Of a DNA stretch of 41,610 nt, positions 1 to 10,209 are shown piece by piece (within the stretch, counting starts at the first letter, position 1; each line of letters starts with the position of its first letter). The stretch lies in assembly GCA_938029485.1 (NCBI GenBank), contig CALHGC010000149.1:1-41610 (forward strand), in the 5' to 3' direction. A model generated the notes under the pieces. It was not told where the DNA came from and did not search any database. It saw only the letters and a program-made list of their open reading frames with translations. The position numbers and the translations under genes are program-made. Origin of the DNA: an uncultured Treponema sp. Lineage in GTDB: Bacteria; Spirochaetota; Spirochaetia; Treponematales; Treponemataceae.

Positions 1-4
1 GCTG

Positions 5-517
5 TTATCGTGTTCTATATTTTTTCAAGGCTTTTTTAATATCCTTCATTGCCCAATCATAGTGACTCGAAGTTGCAGACACGCAGTAGCTGCCGAGCGT
101 CGTTGTTCCTGTCCAATCGAAAGCGCCTTTGGAAAAAAGGTCTTCGTTGGAAAATGTTTCGATAATCGCCATCACCTCTTTGTGTGTTTTTTTGAGCATT
201 GTTTCCGCATCGGTATATGATGTGTTTTGATGTTTTTCCCAAAAAACAACATTCATCTGAGGATAGGTTTTCCAATTATAGGGCGCCGGCAAAAAAGGGG
301 CAGGGTTCCCGTTTGTGTTTGACCGTATCCAATTCAGCAAAAGACAGTGCCACTCATAGAGGTGCGCCAAAACATCCCGCACGTTTTTATCGCGTTCGTT
401 CGGAACAATATCCGCGCTCTTTTCTTCGTCAGACATTTCGCCGATTAACGTCCACAGTTTTGCGAATTGGTCATTTGCGGCTTGGATTAAATCGGATTTG
501 CTGGTAGGTCTTGGCAT
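5..517 (-). CDS. ClbS/DfsB (DUF1706, DinB-like) four-helix bundle protein
   Basis: 170 aa; N-terminal MPRPTSKSDL, RDVLAHLYEWH, YNWKTY and C-terminal SATSSHYDWA motifs typical of this family; SD AAAGGAG upstream on the minus strand. Confidence 0.8.
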   Translation of the reverse strand: MPRPTSKSDLIQAANDQFAKLWTLIGEMSDEEKSADIVPNERDKNVRDVLAHLYEWHCLLLNWIRSNTNGNPAPFLPAPYNWKTYPQMNVVFWEKHQNTSYTDAETMLKKTHKEVMAIIETFSNEDLFSKGAFDWTGTTTLGSYCVSATSSHYDWAMKDIKKALKKYRTR

Positions 518-566
518 AGTTTGGTGTTACTCCTTTAGCGCGGGAAGATGGGCTATTGTACCATAG

Positions 567-591
567 AAAGCTGACACAGTATGTCAGCTTT
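567..591. promoter_or_regulatory. Palindrome AAAGCTGACA-N5-TGTCAGCTTT, probable operator of the adjacent WYL regulator (could also act as a terminator)
   Basis: Perfect 10-bp inverted repeat just upstream of an extended -10 (TGG-TACAAT, hexamer 555-560, minus strand) of the 5..517 gene. Confidence 0.6.
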
Positions 592-601
592 GAAAAAACA
601 T

Positions 602-1510
602 TTAAACTTTTTTATGGTGCGCCGCTATTTTTTCAGCGAAATCGATTATTCCTTTTTTTAGGATTTCCGGTTCAAGAATTTCTACCTCAGTACCGAGCGA
701 CAAAATGAATCCGTACAGCCAATGATCGATCGGAAGGCATACCGAAAGCGTATACGAGCCGTCCATATTTTTTGTGATAAGATCGGGAGGAAATTCATCA
801 TAAAACCGATAAGCGATTCCGGCGGTGCATTTTAATTTTATGTTCGTAAGCGTCAGAGCATCGGAATAGTCTGTACGGTAAGGTAGCTTGTTGAGCAATT
901 CCGTACGCTTAAATGTGCTTACTGTCTGCATAACGGAAAGCATACGGTTTAACCGGAAAAGCCGATAATCATTTTTGTCGGTACACAAACTTTCAAGGTA
1001 CCACGCCTTGGATTTAAACAAAAGGCGAAGCGGATAAATCGTACGTTCAGTTTTTTCTCCATAGGAACTGAGATATTCAATGCGGAGCGCACGGCATTCC
1101 AAGATGGCTTGTTTAACCGTATCGAAAATGGACGTGTCGTTTTTGTTTTCCCAGCGGGAATAATCAACCTTAACCCAATCGGCATGACGCTGAAAGACAG
1201 CAGACAACCGGTTTAAAATCGATTCGGTATGTATCTCGTCAACAGGTGATAAACATTGCAGGGCGAGCAGAATTTTATCCTGCTCTTCTTGTGTTACAAT
1301 CGATTTATTGATGGTGTATGTTTCGTCAATAAAAATTCCGCCGCCTGTCCCCTGCACCGTATACACGGGAATGCCGGCACAGCTTAAAATATCGATATCA
1401 CGATATACGGTACGAATCGATACTTCAAATTTTTTAGCAAGCTCCTGCGCTGTTGTTCGTTTTTGATTGAGGAGAATAAAGATAATTTCAAAAAGCCGTT
1501 CGGAACGCAT
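602..1510 (-). CDS. YafY-family HTH-WYL transcriptional regulator
   Basis: 302 aa; N-terminal wHTH (TAQELAKKFEVSIRTVYRDI...GGG) and WYL domain (KAWYLES...YRLFRLNRM). Confidence 0.93.
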   Translation of the reverse strand: MRSERLFEIIFILLNQKRTTAQELAKKFEVSIRTVYRDIDILSCAGIPVYTVQGTGGGIFIDETYTINKSIVTQEEQDKILLALQCLSPVDEIHTESILNRLSAVFQRHADWVKVDYSRWENKNDTSIFDTVKQAILECRALRIEYLSSYGEKTERTIYPLRLLFKSKAWYLESLCTDKNDYRLFRLNRMLSVMQTVSTFKRTELLNKLPYRTDYSDALTLTNIKLKCTAGIAYRFYDEFPPDLITKNMDGSYTLSVCLPIDHWLYGFILSLGTEVEILEPEILKKGIIDFAEKIAAHHKKV

Positions 1511-1664
1511 AACGATAAAAGTATAGCATAAAAAGTAGACGGGTTCCTATAAAGGGCATTTAAAATTATAGCAGTTACAGCGTTGATAATAGAGGTTAAA
1601 ATCACCAATCTATAGTACCTTAGCACTGCTAAAAGCTTGCAGTTTTTTAGAGGTACCCTCTTGC

Positions 1665-1694
1665 TTGACAATCGGTATAGACATTGGACATACT
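1665..1694 (+). promoter_or_regulatory. Sigma70-like promoter for the R-M/RT operon
   Basis: TTGACA (1665-1670), 18 bp spacer, CATACT (1689-1694), 6 nt before ATG 1701. Confidence 0.55.
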
Positions 1695-1700
1695 GATTAT

Positions 1701-4616
1701 ATGGCATTATCATTAAACGAAATTAAGATACGAGCGCAGCAGTTTGTACTGAACTGGAAAGATAAAGCGGCAACTGCGCGGGAAGAAGCGGATGCGCAAA
1801 CCTTTGAAAACGAGTTTTTTGCAATTTTCGGTGTACCGCGTAATAAAATTGCCGTGTTTGAGCACAAAGTTAAACTGTTAGACGGTTCTAACGGCTATAT
1901 CGATCTTTTTTGGAAAGGTTACATTCTCATCGAAATGAAGTCTCCCGGCAAAGACCGGAAAAAAGCCTTTGAACAGGCAAAAGCCTATGCCAATGCGCTG
2001 CAGAATGCCGATATGCCGAAGGGCATTTTGATTTGCGATTTTGTTCATTTTGATTATTATCATTTAGAAAAAAATGCGGAACTCACCTCTTTTACAATTG
2101 ATGAACTGGCGGAGTATATTGAGCTGTTTCTCTTTCTTGCAGGCTACAAAGATGTTGAATATAAAAAACAAGACGCGGTCAATATTGAAGCAGCGGAAAA
2201 GATGGGAGCATTGCACGACACCCTAAAAGAGATCGGTTATACCGGACATCAGCTGGAGTTGTATTTGGTTCGTCTGTTATTTTGTTTGTTTGCTGATGAC
2301 ACCGGTATTTTTGAGCATGATCATTTTATTAAATATATTTTGCAGCGGACGAATGTTGACGGCAGCGATTTAGCGATGCACATTCAAAAGATTTTTGAAG
2401 TGCTCAATACGCCGAAAGAAAAGCGGCTTAGAACACTTGATGAGCAACTGGCTCGTTTTCCGTATATCAACGGAGGGCTTTTTAAGGAGCAGCTTCCAAC
2501 TGCAGATTTTAACCTTCCTTAAAATGCAACAGTTGAAAAAACTTCAGTTTTTTAAGACTGTTGCATTCGTGCGCGAAACGCGCACACGATAATAAGCGAT
2601 GTTTGCGCTTGCGCAAACTCGACGTGTTTTTAAGCCGCGCTATTTCAGCGGCTTAAAATAAATGCTGCAATGCGGGAAAAACTGATTGAATGCTGTGCGC
2701 TGGATTGGAGCGGTATTTCTCCGGCAATTTTCGGTGCGATGTTTCAGAGTGTGATGAAGCCGGAAGAACGGCACGCTTTGGGAGCGCACTATACCAGCGA
2801 AACAAATATCTTAAAACTCATTCATCCACTCTTTTTAGATTCTCTGTGGACGGAATTTGATAAATACAAACAGTACACCTCCGAAGCCCGTGTAACAAAC
2901 TTGAACGCGCTGCATGATAAAATTGCACATTTAACCTTTCTTGATCCCGCCTGCGGCTGTGGAAATTTTTTGGTTATTGCATACCGTGAGCTGCGTCTTT
3001 TGGAACTCGCGATTATTGAAGAATTGAAAAGCGCAGATCAGCAGCTGCTTGATGTCGGCGAATATATCAAGGTAAATGTTAATCAGTTTTACGGCATAGA
3101 GCTTGAAGAGTTTCCCGCTCAGATTGCACAAACGGCGCTGTGGCTGATGGATCACCAAATGAATAGACTGGTCGGCAGCCGCTTCGGTCAATACTTTGCA
3201 CGTATCCCGTTGGTTAATTCCGCGTCGATTGTACAGAGCAATGCGCTTGCGCTTGATTGGGAGACCATCGTACCAAAACATAACCTTTCGTATATTCTGG
3301 GAAATCCGCCGTTTTTAGGCGCGCGAGTGATGGAGAAAGAACAGTCTGCGGAGCTTGCAATGCTTTTTAGCGGGGTAAAGAATGCAGGGAATCTTGACTA
3401 CGTTACGGGCTGGTATAAAAAGGCTGCGGAGTATATTCAAGGAACGCAGATTGAATGCGCCTTTGTTTCTACCAATTCTATTTGTCAGGGGCAGCAAGTA
3501 CCGATTTTGTGGCCCAATCTTTTTGCGCGCGGGGTGCATATCAATTTTGCGCACCAGACTTTTAAGTGGTCGAATGAAGCGCGGGGAAATGCGGCAGTGT
3601 ACTGCATTATTGTCGGCTTTTCTCTCCGGAACCGAACGGAAAAACAACTCTTTTTATATGACGATATAAAAGGAGAGCCAAAAACAACAACGGTAAAACG
3701 AATAAATGCCTATTTAGCCGATGCGCAACATGTATTTATTGATAGTAGAAGTTCGGTACTTGATACACAAACTAATCCGATGGTGTTTGGCAGTATGCCG
3801 AACGACGGCGGTAATCTCATTATAGAAGAAAATGAATACGCTGCCTTTTTGCAACAAGAACCGGAAGCGGAACGGTATATCCGTCCATTTTTGGGGGCGG
3901 AAGAGTTTATCAATAATAAAAAACGATATTGTCTCTGGCTTTTGAATGCGGAACCTCAGCACCTAAAAAAATGCCCGCTCATTGTAGCACGCATACAAAA
4001 GGTGCGGGAACACCGCGAAAGCAGCAGCCGTGAGGCAACACGGAAACTTGCGCAAACACCATCCCTCTTTGGAGAAATCCGTCAGCCGGAGTCGGGACAT
4101 TATCTCCTCGTACCGCGCGTTTCCTCTGAACGCAGGCGCTATATTCCCATTGGCTTTTTAGACACATCCGTTATAGCAAGCGATTCAACGCTCATCGTTC
4201 CCAATGCAACGCTGTACGAGTTCGGGGTGCTTACTTCGCAAATGCACATGGCGTGGATGCGTACCGTATGCGGGCGGCTCAAAAGCGATTACCGCTATTC
4301 TGCACAGATCGTGTATAACAACTTCCCGTGGCCGGATGTTTCGGAAGCGCAAAAGGCAACGATTATTCAAAAAGCGCAAGCGGTATTGGACGCGCGGGCG
4401 CAGTTTCCCGGTAGCTCCCTTGCCGACTTATACGATCCCAATACTATGCCGCCGGTACTCACCAAAGCGCACGCAGCCCTTGATTCCGCTGTGGATAAGC
4501 TGTATCGTAAAACAGCCTTCCCCGATGATGCCGTCCGTGTGGCTTTTTTGTTCGAGCTGTATGGGAAGAAGACGGAGGGACTGCTTACAGGGAAGCGGAA
4601 ACGGGGGAGGGGGTAG
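1701..4616 (+). pseudogene. MmeI-like type IIL restriction-modification enzyme, split by a 150-bp insertion (fragments 1701-2522 and 2670-4616)
   Basis: Fragment 1 has a PD-(D/E)xK-like nuclease motif (YIDLFWKGYILIEMKS) and spacer (PYINGGLF). Fragment 2 has GAHYT, FLDPACGCGNFL, GNPPF and the MmeI-type tail (GRLKSDYRYS, LADLYDP). Both are in the same frame; removing 2511-2660 gives ...LPTADF-NAAMREKL..., a 921-aa ORF. Confidence 0.88.
2511..2660. mobile_element. 150-bp non-coding, multi-hairpin insertion (MITE/REP-cluster-like)
   Basis: Interrupts a conserved protein and carries an in-frame TAA (2520-2522). Four stems: AATGCAACAGT..ACTGTTGCATT, GTGCGCG-AAA-CGCGCAC, GTTTGCGC-TT-GCGCAAAC, TTTTAAGCCGC..GCGGCTTAAAA. 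Only AA is duplicated at the junctions. Confidence 0.75.
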
Positions 4617-4627
4617 GAAGCACCAAT

Positions 4628-6154
4628 ATGTTGCAAAAAACTATCTTAGATTTAGAAGCGCAAGAAGCACTCTTTTTCTTTTTAGATTCAAAAATATATT
4701 GCTCATTGGACTTTCCTCCCTATATCGCTTTTGGATCATTACTGAATACGATTAACGAATTTCTATCGAATAACCCTGATATACTCAAGCGCGCACATCC
4801 CGATAATTATGAGAATGTCAATTATATTATAGCAGCAAACAAAGACGGAAAGTACGATTGGAGACCTTTTGAATTAATCAATCCTATTCTTTATGTACAG
4901 CTTGCAAGAACGATTACAGAAGAAATACATTGGCAAGATATCTGTAACCGATTTAAAGACTTTGCTGCAAATCCAGACATAGAATGTATGAGTATTCCCG
5001 TTGTTGAAAATACATTGCAAACAAATCAGAAAGCACAGATATTAGCATGGTGGGAAAATATTGAACAACGCTCAATTGAATTATCTTTAGATTATGAGTA
5101 CCTTATTGAAACTGATATAACAAACTGTTACGGCGCGCTCTATACCCATTCGATAGCATGGGCATTACACACAAAAGAAAAGGCAAAACAACAAAGGCGG
5201 GAAAATTTAATCGGCAATATCATAGATAAATACATTCGTGCAATGCGTTATGGTCAAACAAATGGTATTCCGCAAGGTTCTGGTTTGATGGATTTTATTG
5301 CTGAAATGGTACTGGGGTATATTGACACATTGTTATCCGATCGGATTAAAGCAAATGATATTACCGATTATCATATTTTACGTTATCGTGATGATTATAA
5401 GATATTTGTCAACAATCCTCATACAGGAGAGCGTATTCTAAAAATAATAACCGAGGTTCTTGCTGAATTTGGAATGAAGCCAAATACATTAAAAACAAAT
5501 ACATACGACAATATAATTTTACATGCAATCAAAAAAGACAAAATTGCATGGCTTATAAAGAAACAATCCAATAAAGACTTACAGAAGCATTTGCTGCTAA
5601 TATACAAACACGCATTAGAATATCCCCATGCAGGGAGTTTAATAGAACCTTTACAAGATTTCTATTTTCGAATACAGAAAATCAAGGCTTTACAAAATCA
5701 TTCTAAATCATTAATAGCTATTATCGTCGATATAGCGTATCGTAATCCTCGAACGTATGCAATATGTGCGGCGATGCTAAGTGTATTATTAACCAAACTA
5801 TCAAATAAGAATGACCAAGAAGAAATTATTACCAAAATAAAGAATAAATTTAGCTTAATTCCAAATACAAGTAACATGCTTATATGGCTACAGCGAATAA
5901 GCTTATTTTTTAAATTTGATATCGACTATGATGATGCTTTATGCCGTTTGATTGACCTTGCTTTCAAAGAAATAGATAGGGTTTCTCTAGCGGATGCTGA
6001 TATAAATCAAATCTGGAATATGGATTGGGTAAGTTCTGAGGAATTAAAAACCATATTGAGAGCAAATAGCATTATCAATAAAACAGAATTCAAAAAACTC
6101 TCAAGAGAAATCTTGTTAAACGAGATAGAAGCTTCATTGATAAGAAACTATTAG
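4628..6154 (+). CDS. Reverse transcriptase-family protein of Abi/UG defence type (Abi-P2-like)
   Basis: 508 aa; RT motifs TDITNCYGALYTHSIAW, GIPQGS, RYRDDY, followed by a long C-terminal region; starts 11 nt after the R-M stop with SD AGGAAG; visibly AT-rich. Confidence 0.85.
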   Translation: MLQKTILDLEAQEALFFFLDSKIYCSLDFPPYIAFGSLLNTINEFLSNNPDILKRAHPDNYENVNYIIAANKDGKYDWRPFELINPILYVQLARTITEEIHWQDICNRFKDFAANPDIECMSIPVVENTLQTNQKAQILAWWENIEQRSIELSLDYEYLIETDITNCYGALYTHSIAWALHTKEKAKQQRRENLIGNIIDKYIRAMRYGQTNGIPQGSGLMDFIAEMVLGYIDTLLSDRIKANDITDYHILRYRDDYKIFVNNPHTGERILKIITEVLAEFGMKPNTLKTNTYDNIILHAIKKDKIAWLIKKQSNKDLQKHLLLIYKHALEYPHAGSLIEPLQDFYFRIQKIKALQNHSKSLIAIIVDIAYRNPRTYAICAAMLSVLLTKLSNKNDQEEIITKIKNKFSLIPNTSNMLIWLQRISLFFKFDIDYDDALCRLIDLAFKEIDRVSLADADINQIWNMDWVSSEELKTILRANSIINKTEFKKLSREILLNEIEASLIRNY

Positions 6155-6844
6155 ATAAAATTATTAGCAAATCAGTTGCTTACTATTCCTTCAGCTGTTC
6201 AATCTCTTCAAAAAGTTTATGCACATTACAAAACGACACGGCGACATCTTCATCATTCTTATTTTTTTCTTCCAATTTCAACACCGCTTTGTTACTTTGT
6301 ATTTTCCAAGTTTTTCTCGGCATAAAACAGCTCCTTCAATACATTGACGTTCACAAGCGGTAAGGCTCCGAATTTATCGGCATTGTACAGCTTTTTGCGC
6401 GAAACTCCTTTGCGAATCCCTGTATAGTCAGTAATACTATTGTATACGCCATTCCCCATATCCGTTTATCCATAAAATACAAGCGGTTTTTGCTGAAACG
6501 TTGCAAAAATGAGGGTTTATTGAACGGGGAAGCTTTGACGGTATAGGTAAACCGGAACCTCTAAAGGGTGAACTGAATGGTTTTTGGAGCTGCCGTATTG
6601 ATGGAATAGGCTTGTATATCGAGTGAGTACAAATACTTTAGAAATCCTTTCCTGCCACGGACATTACGAGAATTAATTGCTGGTACCAATATCCCGCATC
6701 GATCATTTTTTGTAAATAGATGGGCATTTCTAAAAACTCGGTTAGATTTTTAAAGATTTTCTATAATATATAGAAGGCTTTACAGTAAACGTAAGATGAG
6801 TATGCTGTGGAATCATTCCGTCTTCAGATAGAGCAGATCAACAT

Positions 6845-8560
6845 CTAGCTCATGTTATTTTGTGCGTTATAGAGGGCGGCATAGACACCGCCTTTTGCCA
6901 ATAGCTCTGCATGCGTTCCTTGCTCGCAAATGCCTTCATCATCAACTACTACAATACGGTCTGCTTTGCGGATTGTTGACAAGCGGTGGGCAATAACCAG
7001 CGTTGTACGACCCCGTGCGAGTTCTTCAAATGATTTTTGAATTTTTATTTCCGTTGCGGTATCAAGAGCCGAAGTTGCTTCATCAAGTATTAAAATCGGG
7101 GGATTTTTTAAAAAGGTTCGTGCAATCGCAACCCGCTGTTTTTGCCCGCCGGAAAGCCGTACTCCCCGCTCTCCGACGAGTGTGTTATACCCGTCCGGCA
7201 TCTGCATAATATCTTCATGGATTTCAGCCCGTTTTGCTGCATGTACTATATCCTGTTCAGAAGCGGTGCTGTTTCCGTATGCAATATTTTCTTTAATGGT
7301 ACCGGCAAATAAGAAAACCTCCTGTTGAACAATACCGATTTGCCGCCGCAAACTGTGCACTGTAATATCCTGTATATTCCATCCATCGAGGGTAATTGTT
7401 CCTGCGAACGGTTCATAAAAACGGGGCAGTAAATTACATAAACTGGTTTTTCCTCCGCCGGACGGTCCTACAAAAGCAATGGTTTGCCCTGCCTGTATAT
7501 CCAGCTTGATATTTTTTAATACCGTAACCCCATCTTGATACGAAAAGGAAACATTATGATAGCAGATATTTCCATGAGCTGAAGTAATTTCTACCGCATT
7601 ATCATGCTCGATAATACTATCATCTGTTTCCATGAGTTCTTTAAAGCGTTTAAAACCCGCCATACCGTTTGCGTATAGTTCAATAAAAGCAGTAAGGCGG
7701 CGGATAGGCTGTAAAAATGCACCGGCAAAAAGCGTTGCGGTAATAAGGTCGGTAAGCGTCATCGTCTGCTGCATAATAAAAAAACCGCCCGCGGCAATAA
7801 TCACCAAATGTAACATTGAAATAAAAAATTCTAAACGGCTAAAGAAAAATGCCATATTCCAATAAAAACGTTTTTTTGCCGTATAAAATGCCTGATTATT
7901 TTTTTCAAACCGCTCTTGTTCATAGCGTTCATTCGTAAATATTTGTGTTACCCGTATTCCGGAGAGCGCTGATTCAATAGCGGTATTGATTGCAGCAGTT
8001 TCTTCCTTTATACGGCGGGACGCTTTCATAATATGTACACGGCAGCGGACAGTATGAAAAAATGCAATGGGTATAAAGAGCGTCAAAAGCAGTGCAAGCT
8101 CCCATCTAATCGAAGCCATAAGTGCCAGCGATCCGGTCAGCGTTAATACAGAAATAAAGACATCTTCCGGTCCGTGATGCGATAACTCGGTAATTTCGAA
8201 CAAATCTGTTGTAATGCGAGACATCAGCTGTCCGGTTCTATTGGTATCAAAAAAATGAAATGACTGTTTTTCTATATGACGAAAAAGATCCCGCCGCATA
8301 TCCGCTTCAACTTTAACGCCGAAAAGATGCCCGAAATACGTTACAAAATACTGAGCAGCACTGCGGATAAGATATAATCCTATCATTATTACAATAAATG
8401 TATAAAAGGCAGCATAGTCAGCCTTGGGTAAAAAATGCTGTATGCTGTATCTACTTGCCATAGGGAAGATAATATCTACCGCTGCAATAAAAGCTGCACA
8501 GCACAGATCGGCAGTAAAGAGTTTCCAATGAGGTTTAAAATATGAAAAGAATAAACGCAT
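6845..8560 (-). CDS. ABC exporter, fused permease/ATP-binding protein
   Basis: 571 aa; N-terminal TM domain, Walker A GPSGGGKT, signature LSGGQKQR, Walker B ILILDEAT. Confidence 0.95.
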   Translation of the reverse strand: MRLFFSYFKPHWKLFTADLCCAAFIAAVDIIFPMASRYSIQHFLPKADYAAFYTFIVIMIGLYLIRSAAQYFVTYFGHLFGVKVEADMRRDLFRHIEKQSFHFFDTNRTGQLMSRITTDLFEITELSHHGPEDVFISVLTLTGSLALMASIRWELALLLTLFIPIAFFHTVRCRVHIMKASRRIKEETAAINTAIESALSGIRVTQIFTNERYEQERFEKNNQAFYTAKKRFYWNMAFFFSRLEFFISMLHLVIIAAGGFFIMQQTMTLTDLITATLFAGAFLQPIRRLTAFIELYANGMAGFKRFKELMETDDSIIEHDNAVEITSAHGNICYHNVSFSYQDGVTVLKNIKLDIQAGQTIAFVGPSGGGKTSLCNLLPRFYEPFAGTITLDGWNIQDITVHSLRRQIGIVQQEVFLFAGTIKENIAYGNSTASEQDIVHAAKRAEIHEDIMQMPDGYNTLVGERGVRLSGGQKQRVAIARTFLKNPPILILDEATSALDTATEIKIQKSFEELARGRTTLVIAHRLSTIRKADRIVVVDDEGICEQGTHAELLAKGGVYAALYNAQNNMS

Positions 8561-8697
8561 ACGGCGTATTTTAACAAGTGTTTGAAAAAATGTATAGAAA
8601 GTGCATTGCTATGAAAGATTATATCCGGACAATCCGGCAGTGCTTGTTTTATTAATAATATGGTTTCCATTCATCCGTGGATTGGTTTTCCAACTTG

Positions 8698-9159
8698 TTA
8701 CCAAATCAATCTCAGCACTGTGACTGTTCCTATCAGAATTATGACGATAGCCATGGCTAATTTTCGACGTATGCGGTATTCTTGCTCGGTTTTTGATCTT
8801 CGTTTAAGAACGTATCGATCAAAAAGGACGATTGCTGTTATTCCAAGAATAATTAAGATGATAAAGCCTATAAGACCATAGCCGGTTTCATCGGAATGTC
8901 CGATAAGACCATTCGCGCCTGAACCGTTGCCGATAAGTATATCGCCTTTCAGCTTTAGAAGGATTGCAATAAAAGATATGACGAGGAGGAATAAGAAGAT
9001 AAGTGCTGTAACAAAGTATTGCCGATGCAGCGGCTCGTTTTTTGTTTTTATATTTAAAAAAGTTTTGACGGTAATTGAGCCGAGAATCGTAACGAGAACA
9101 GCATATATAATACAAACAATAAGTATCCGCATTTTTTCTCCATTTCTATCATAAAACAT
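8698..9159 (-). CDS. Hypothetical membrane protein (about 4 TM helices; start may be the second Met)
   Basis: 153-aa ORF with four hydrophobic segments filling the intergenic space. Confidence 0.7.
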   Translation of the reverse strand: MFYDRNGEKMRILIVCIIYAVLVTILGSITVKTFLNIKTKNEPLHRQYFVTALIFLFLLVISFIAILLKLKGDILIGNGSGANGLIGHSDETGYGLIGFIILIILGITAIVLFDRYVLKRRSKTEQEYRIRRKLAMAIVIILIGTVTVLRLIW

Positions 9160-9223
9160 TGACTTTTTTATTCATTGTTAGTATCGTCATAAAACCTAAT
9201 TTTATTATTTATGGATGTGAAAA

Positions 9224-9988
9224 ATGAACAAAAAGATTCTATCGATTATTGCCGCGGCACTTCTTGTGTTTTCGTTTACGGTAAGCTGCAAAAAGCAACC
9301 GGCGGCCGAGACTGCTGCTAAAGCGGAAGGCGCTAACGCCGAAGAAACAAAAGCAGAGGAAGAAAAAGAACTTCCCCCTCCGACGAAGAAAGAAATCGGT
9401 TATGCGTTCGGCGTTATGATGGGAACATCGCTTAAAGACTTTAAACTCGAAGTTGATTACGGCGAACTGGTAAAAGGTTTAAAAGACGCTGAAAAGAAGA
9501 CAGATGTAGATGTTATTGCTGCTCAGAAAGTATTACAGCGGGCGAGCGAAGAAGCTCATAAAAAAGAAGCGGCGGAAAATTTGGCAAAAGAAACCGAATT
9601 TCTTGAAAAAAATGCAAAAAATGAAGGTGTAAAAACGACTGAAAGCGGTTTGCAATATGAGGTTATGACTGAAGGAACCGGCGCTCTTCCGCTTATCACC
9701 GATACGGTAAAAGTGCATTACAAAGGGACTTTACTGGACGGTACGGTTTTTGACAGCTCCTACGATCGCGGAAATCCCGTTGAATTTCCGTTAAATGCCG
9801 TTATTCCCGGTTGGACGGAAGGTTTACAGCTGATGAAAGTCGGTTCAAAATATAAGCTTTATATCCCCTCTAAGATTGCTTATGGAGAACGTGGTGTTTC
9901 ACAGGTTATACCTCCTAACTCAACATTGATTTTTGAAGTTGAGCTATTGGACATTCTCCCGCCCGAAGCGGAAAAGACTGCAGAATAA
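9224..9988 (+). CDS. fkpA: FKBP-type peptidyl-prolyl isomerase (Mip/FkpA-like) lipoprotein
   Basis: Signal peptide with lipobox-like [47 protein letters not shown]. Confidence 0.92.
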   Translation: MNKKILSIIAAALLVFSFTVSCKKQPAAETAAKAEGANAEETKAEEEKELPPPTKKEIGYAFGVMMGTSLKDFKLEVDYGELVKGLKDAEKKTDVDVIAAQKVLQRASEEAHKKEAAENLAKETEFLEKNAKNEGVKTTESGLQYEVMTEGTGALPLITDTVKVHYKGTLLDGTVFDSSYDRGNPVEFPLNAVIPGWTEGLQLMKVGSKYKLYIPSKIAYGERGVSQVIPPNSTLIFEVELLDILPPEAEKTAE

Positions 9989-10057
9989 GTAATTGAACAT
10001 TACAATTCGGCGCTCTTAAAAATATCAGTTTTTAGAGGTGTCCGGCAGTAAGTTCTG

Positions 10058-10105
10058 AAAAAGCCGTCTAAAGTCTTCATCGGATTTTAGTCGGCTTTTT
10101 TATTT
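10058..10105 (+). terminator. Probable intrinsic terminator after the FKBP gene
   Basis: AAAAAGCCG-TCTAAA...TTTAG-TCGGCTTTTTT stem followed by a T-tract. Confidence 0.65.
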
Positions 10106-10209
10106 ATTCGGATGGTTTAATGCTCCGGCGTTCCGGAAATATTTTAAACGGTAGCTTTCGTTCTGTGCGAAATTTTAAATAAAATTCCGCACGGTTTTTC
10201 AGTAGGATA

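Noticed and set aside
2395..2592. 65-aa + strand ORF running into the insert
   Set aside because: Out-of-frame overlap with the R-M gene plus hairpin-derived sequence.
2511..2660. Insert as a group I/II intron, or as the retron ncRNA of the downstream RT
   Set aside because: It is too short and shows no recognisable intron core or boundary motifs. It lies ~2 kb from the RT inside another gene, and I found no retron VTG signature in the RT.
4204..4755. 183-aa alternate-frame ORF bridging the R-M and RT genes
   Set aside because: Overlaps two convincing genes, has Arg/Cys-rich shadow composition, and no slippage site was seen.
4628..6154. RT as DGR, group II intron or CRISPR-associated
   Set aside because: No TR/VR pair, Avd, maturase-like context, cas genes or array; motifs fit Abi/UG RTs better.
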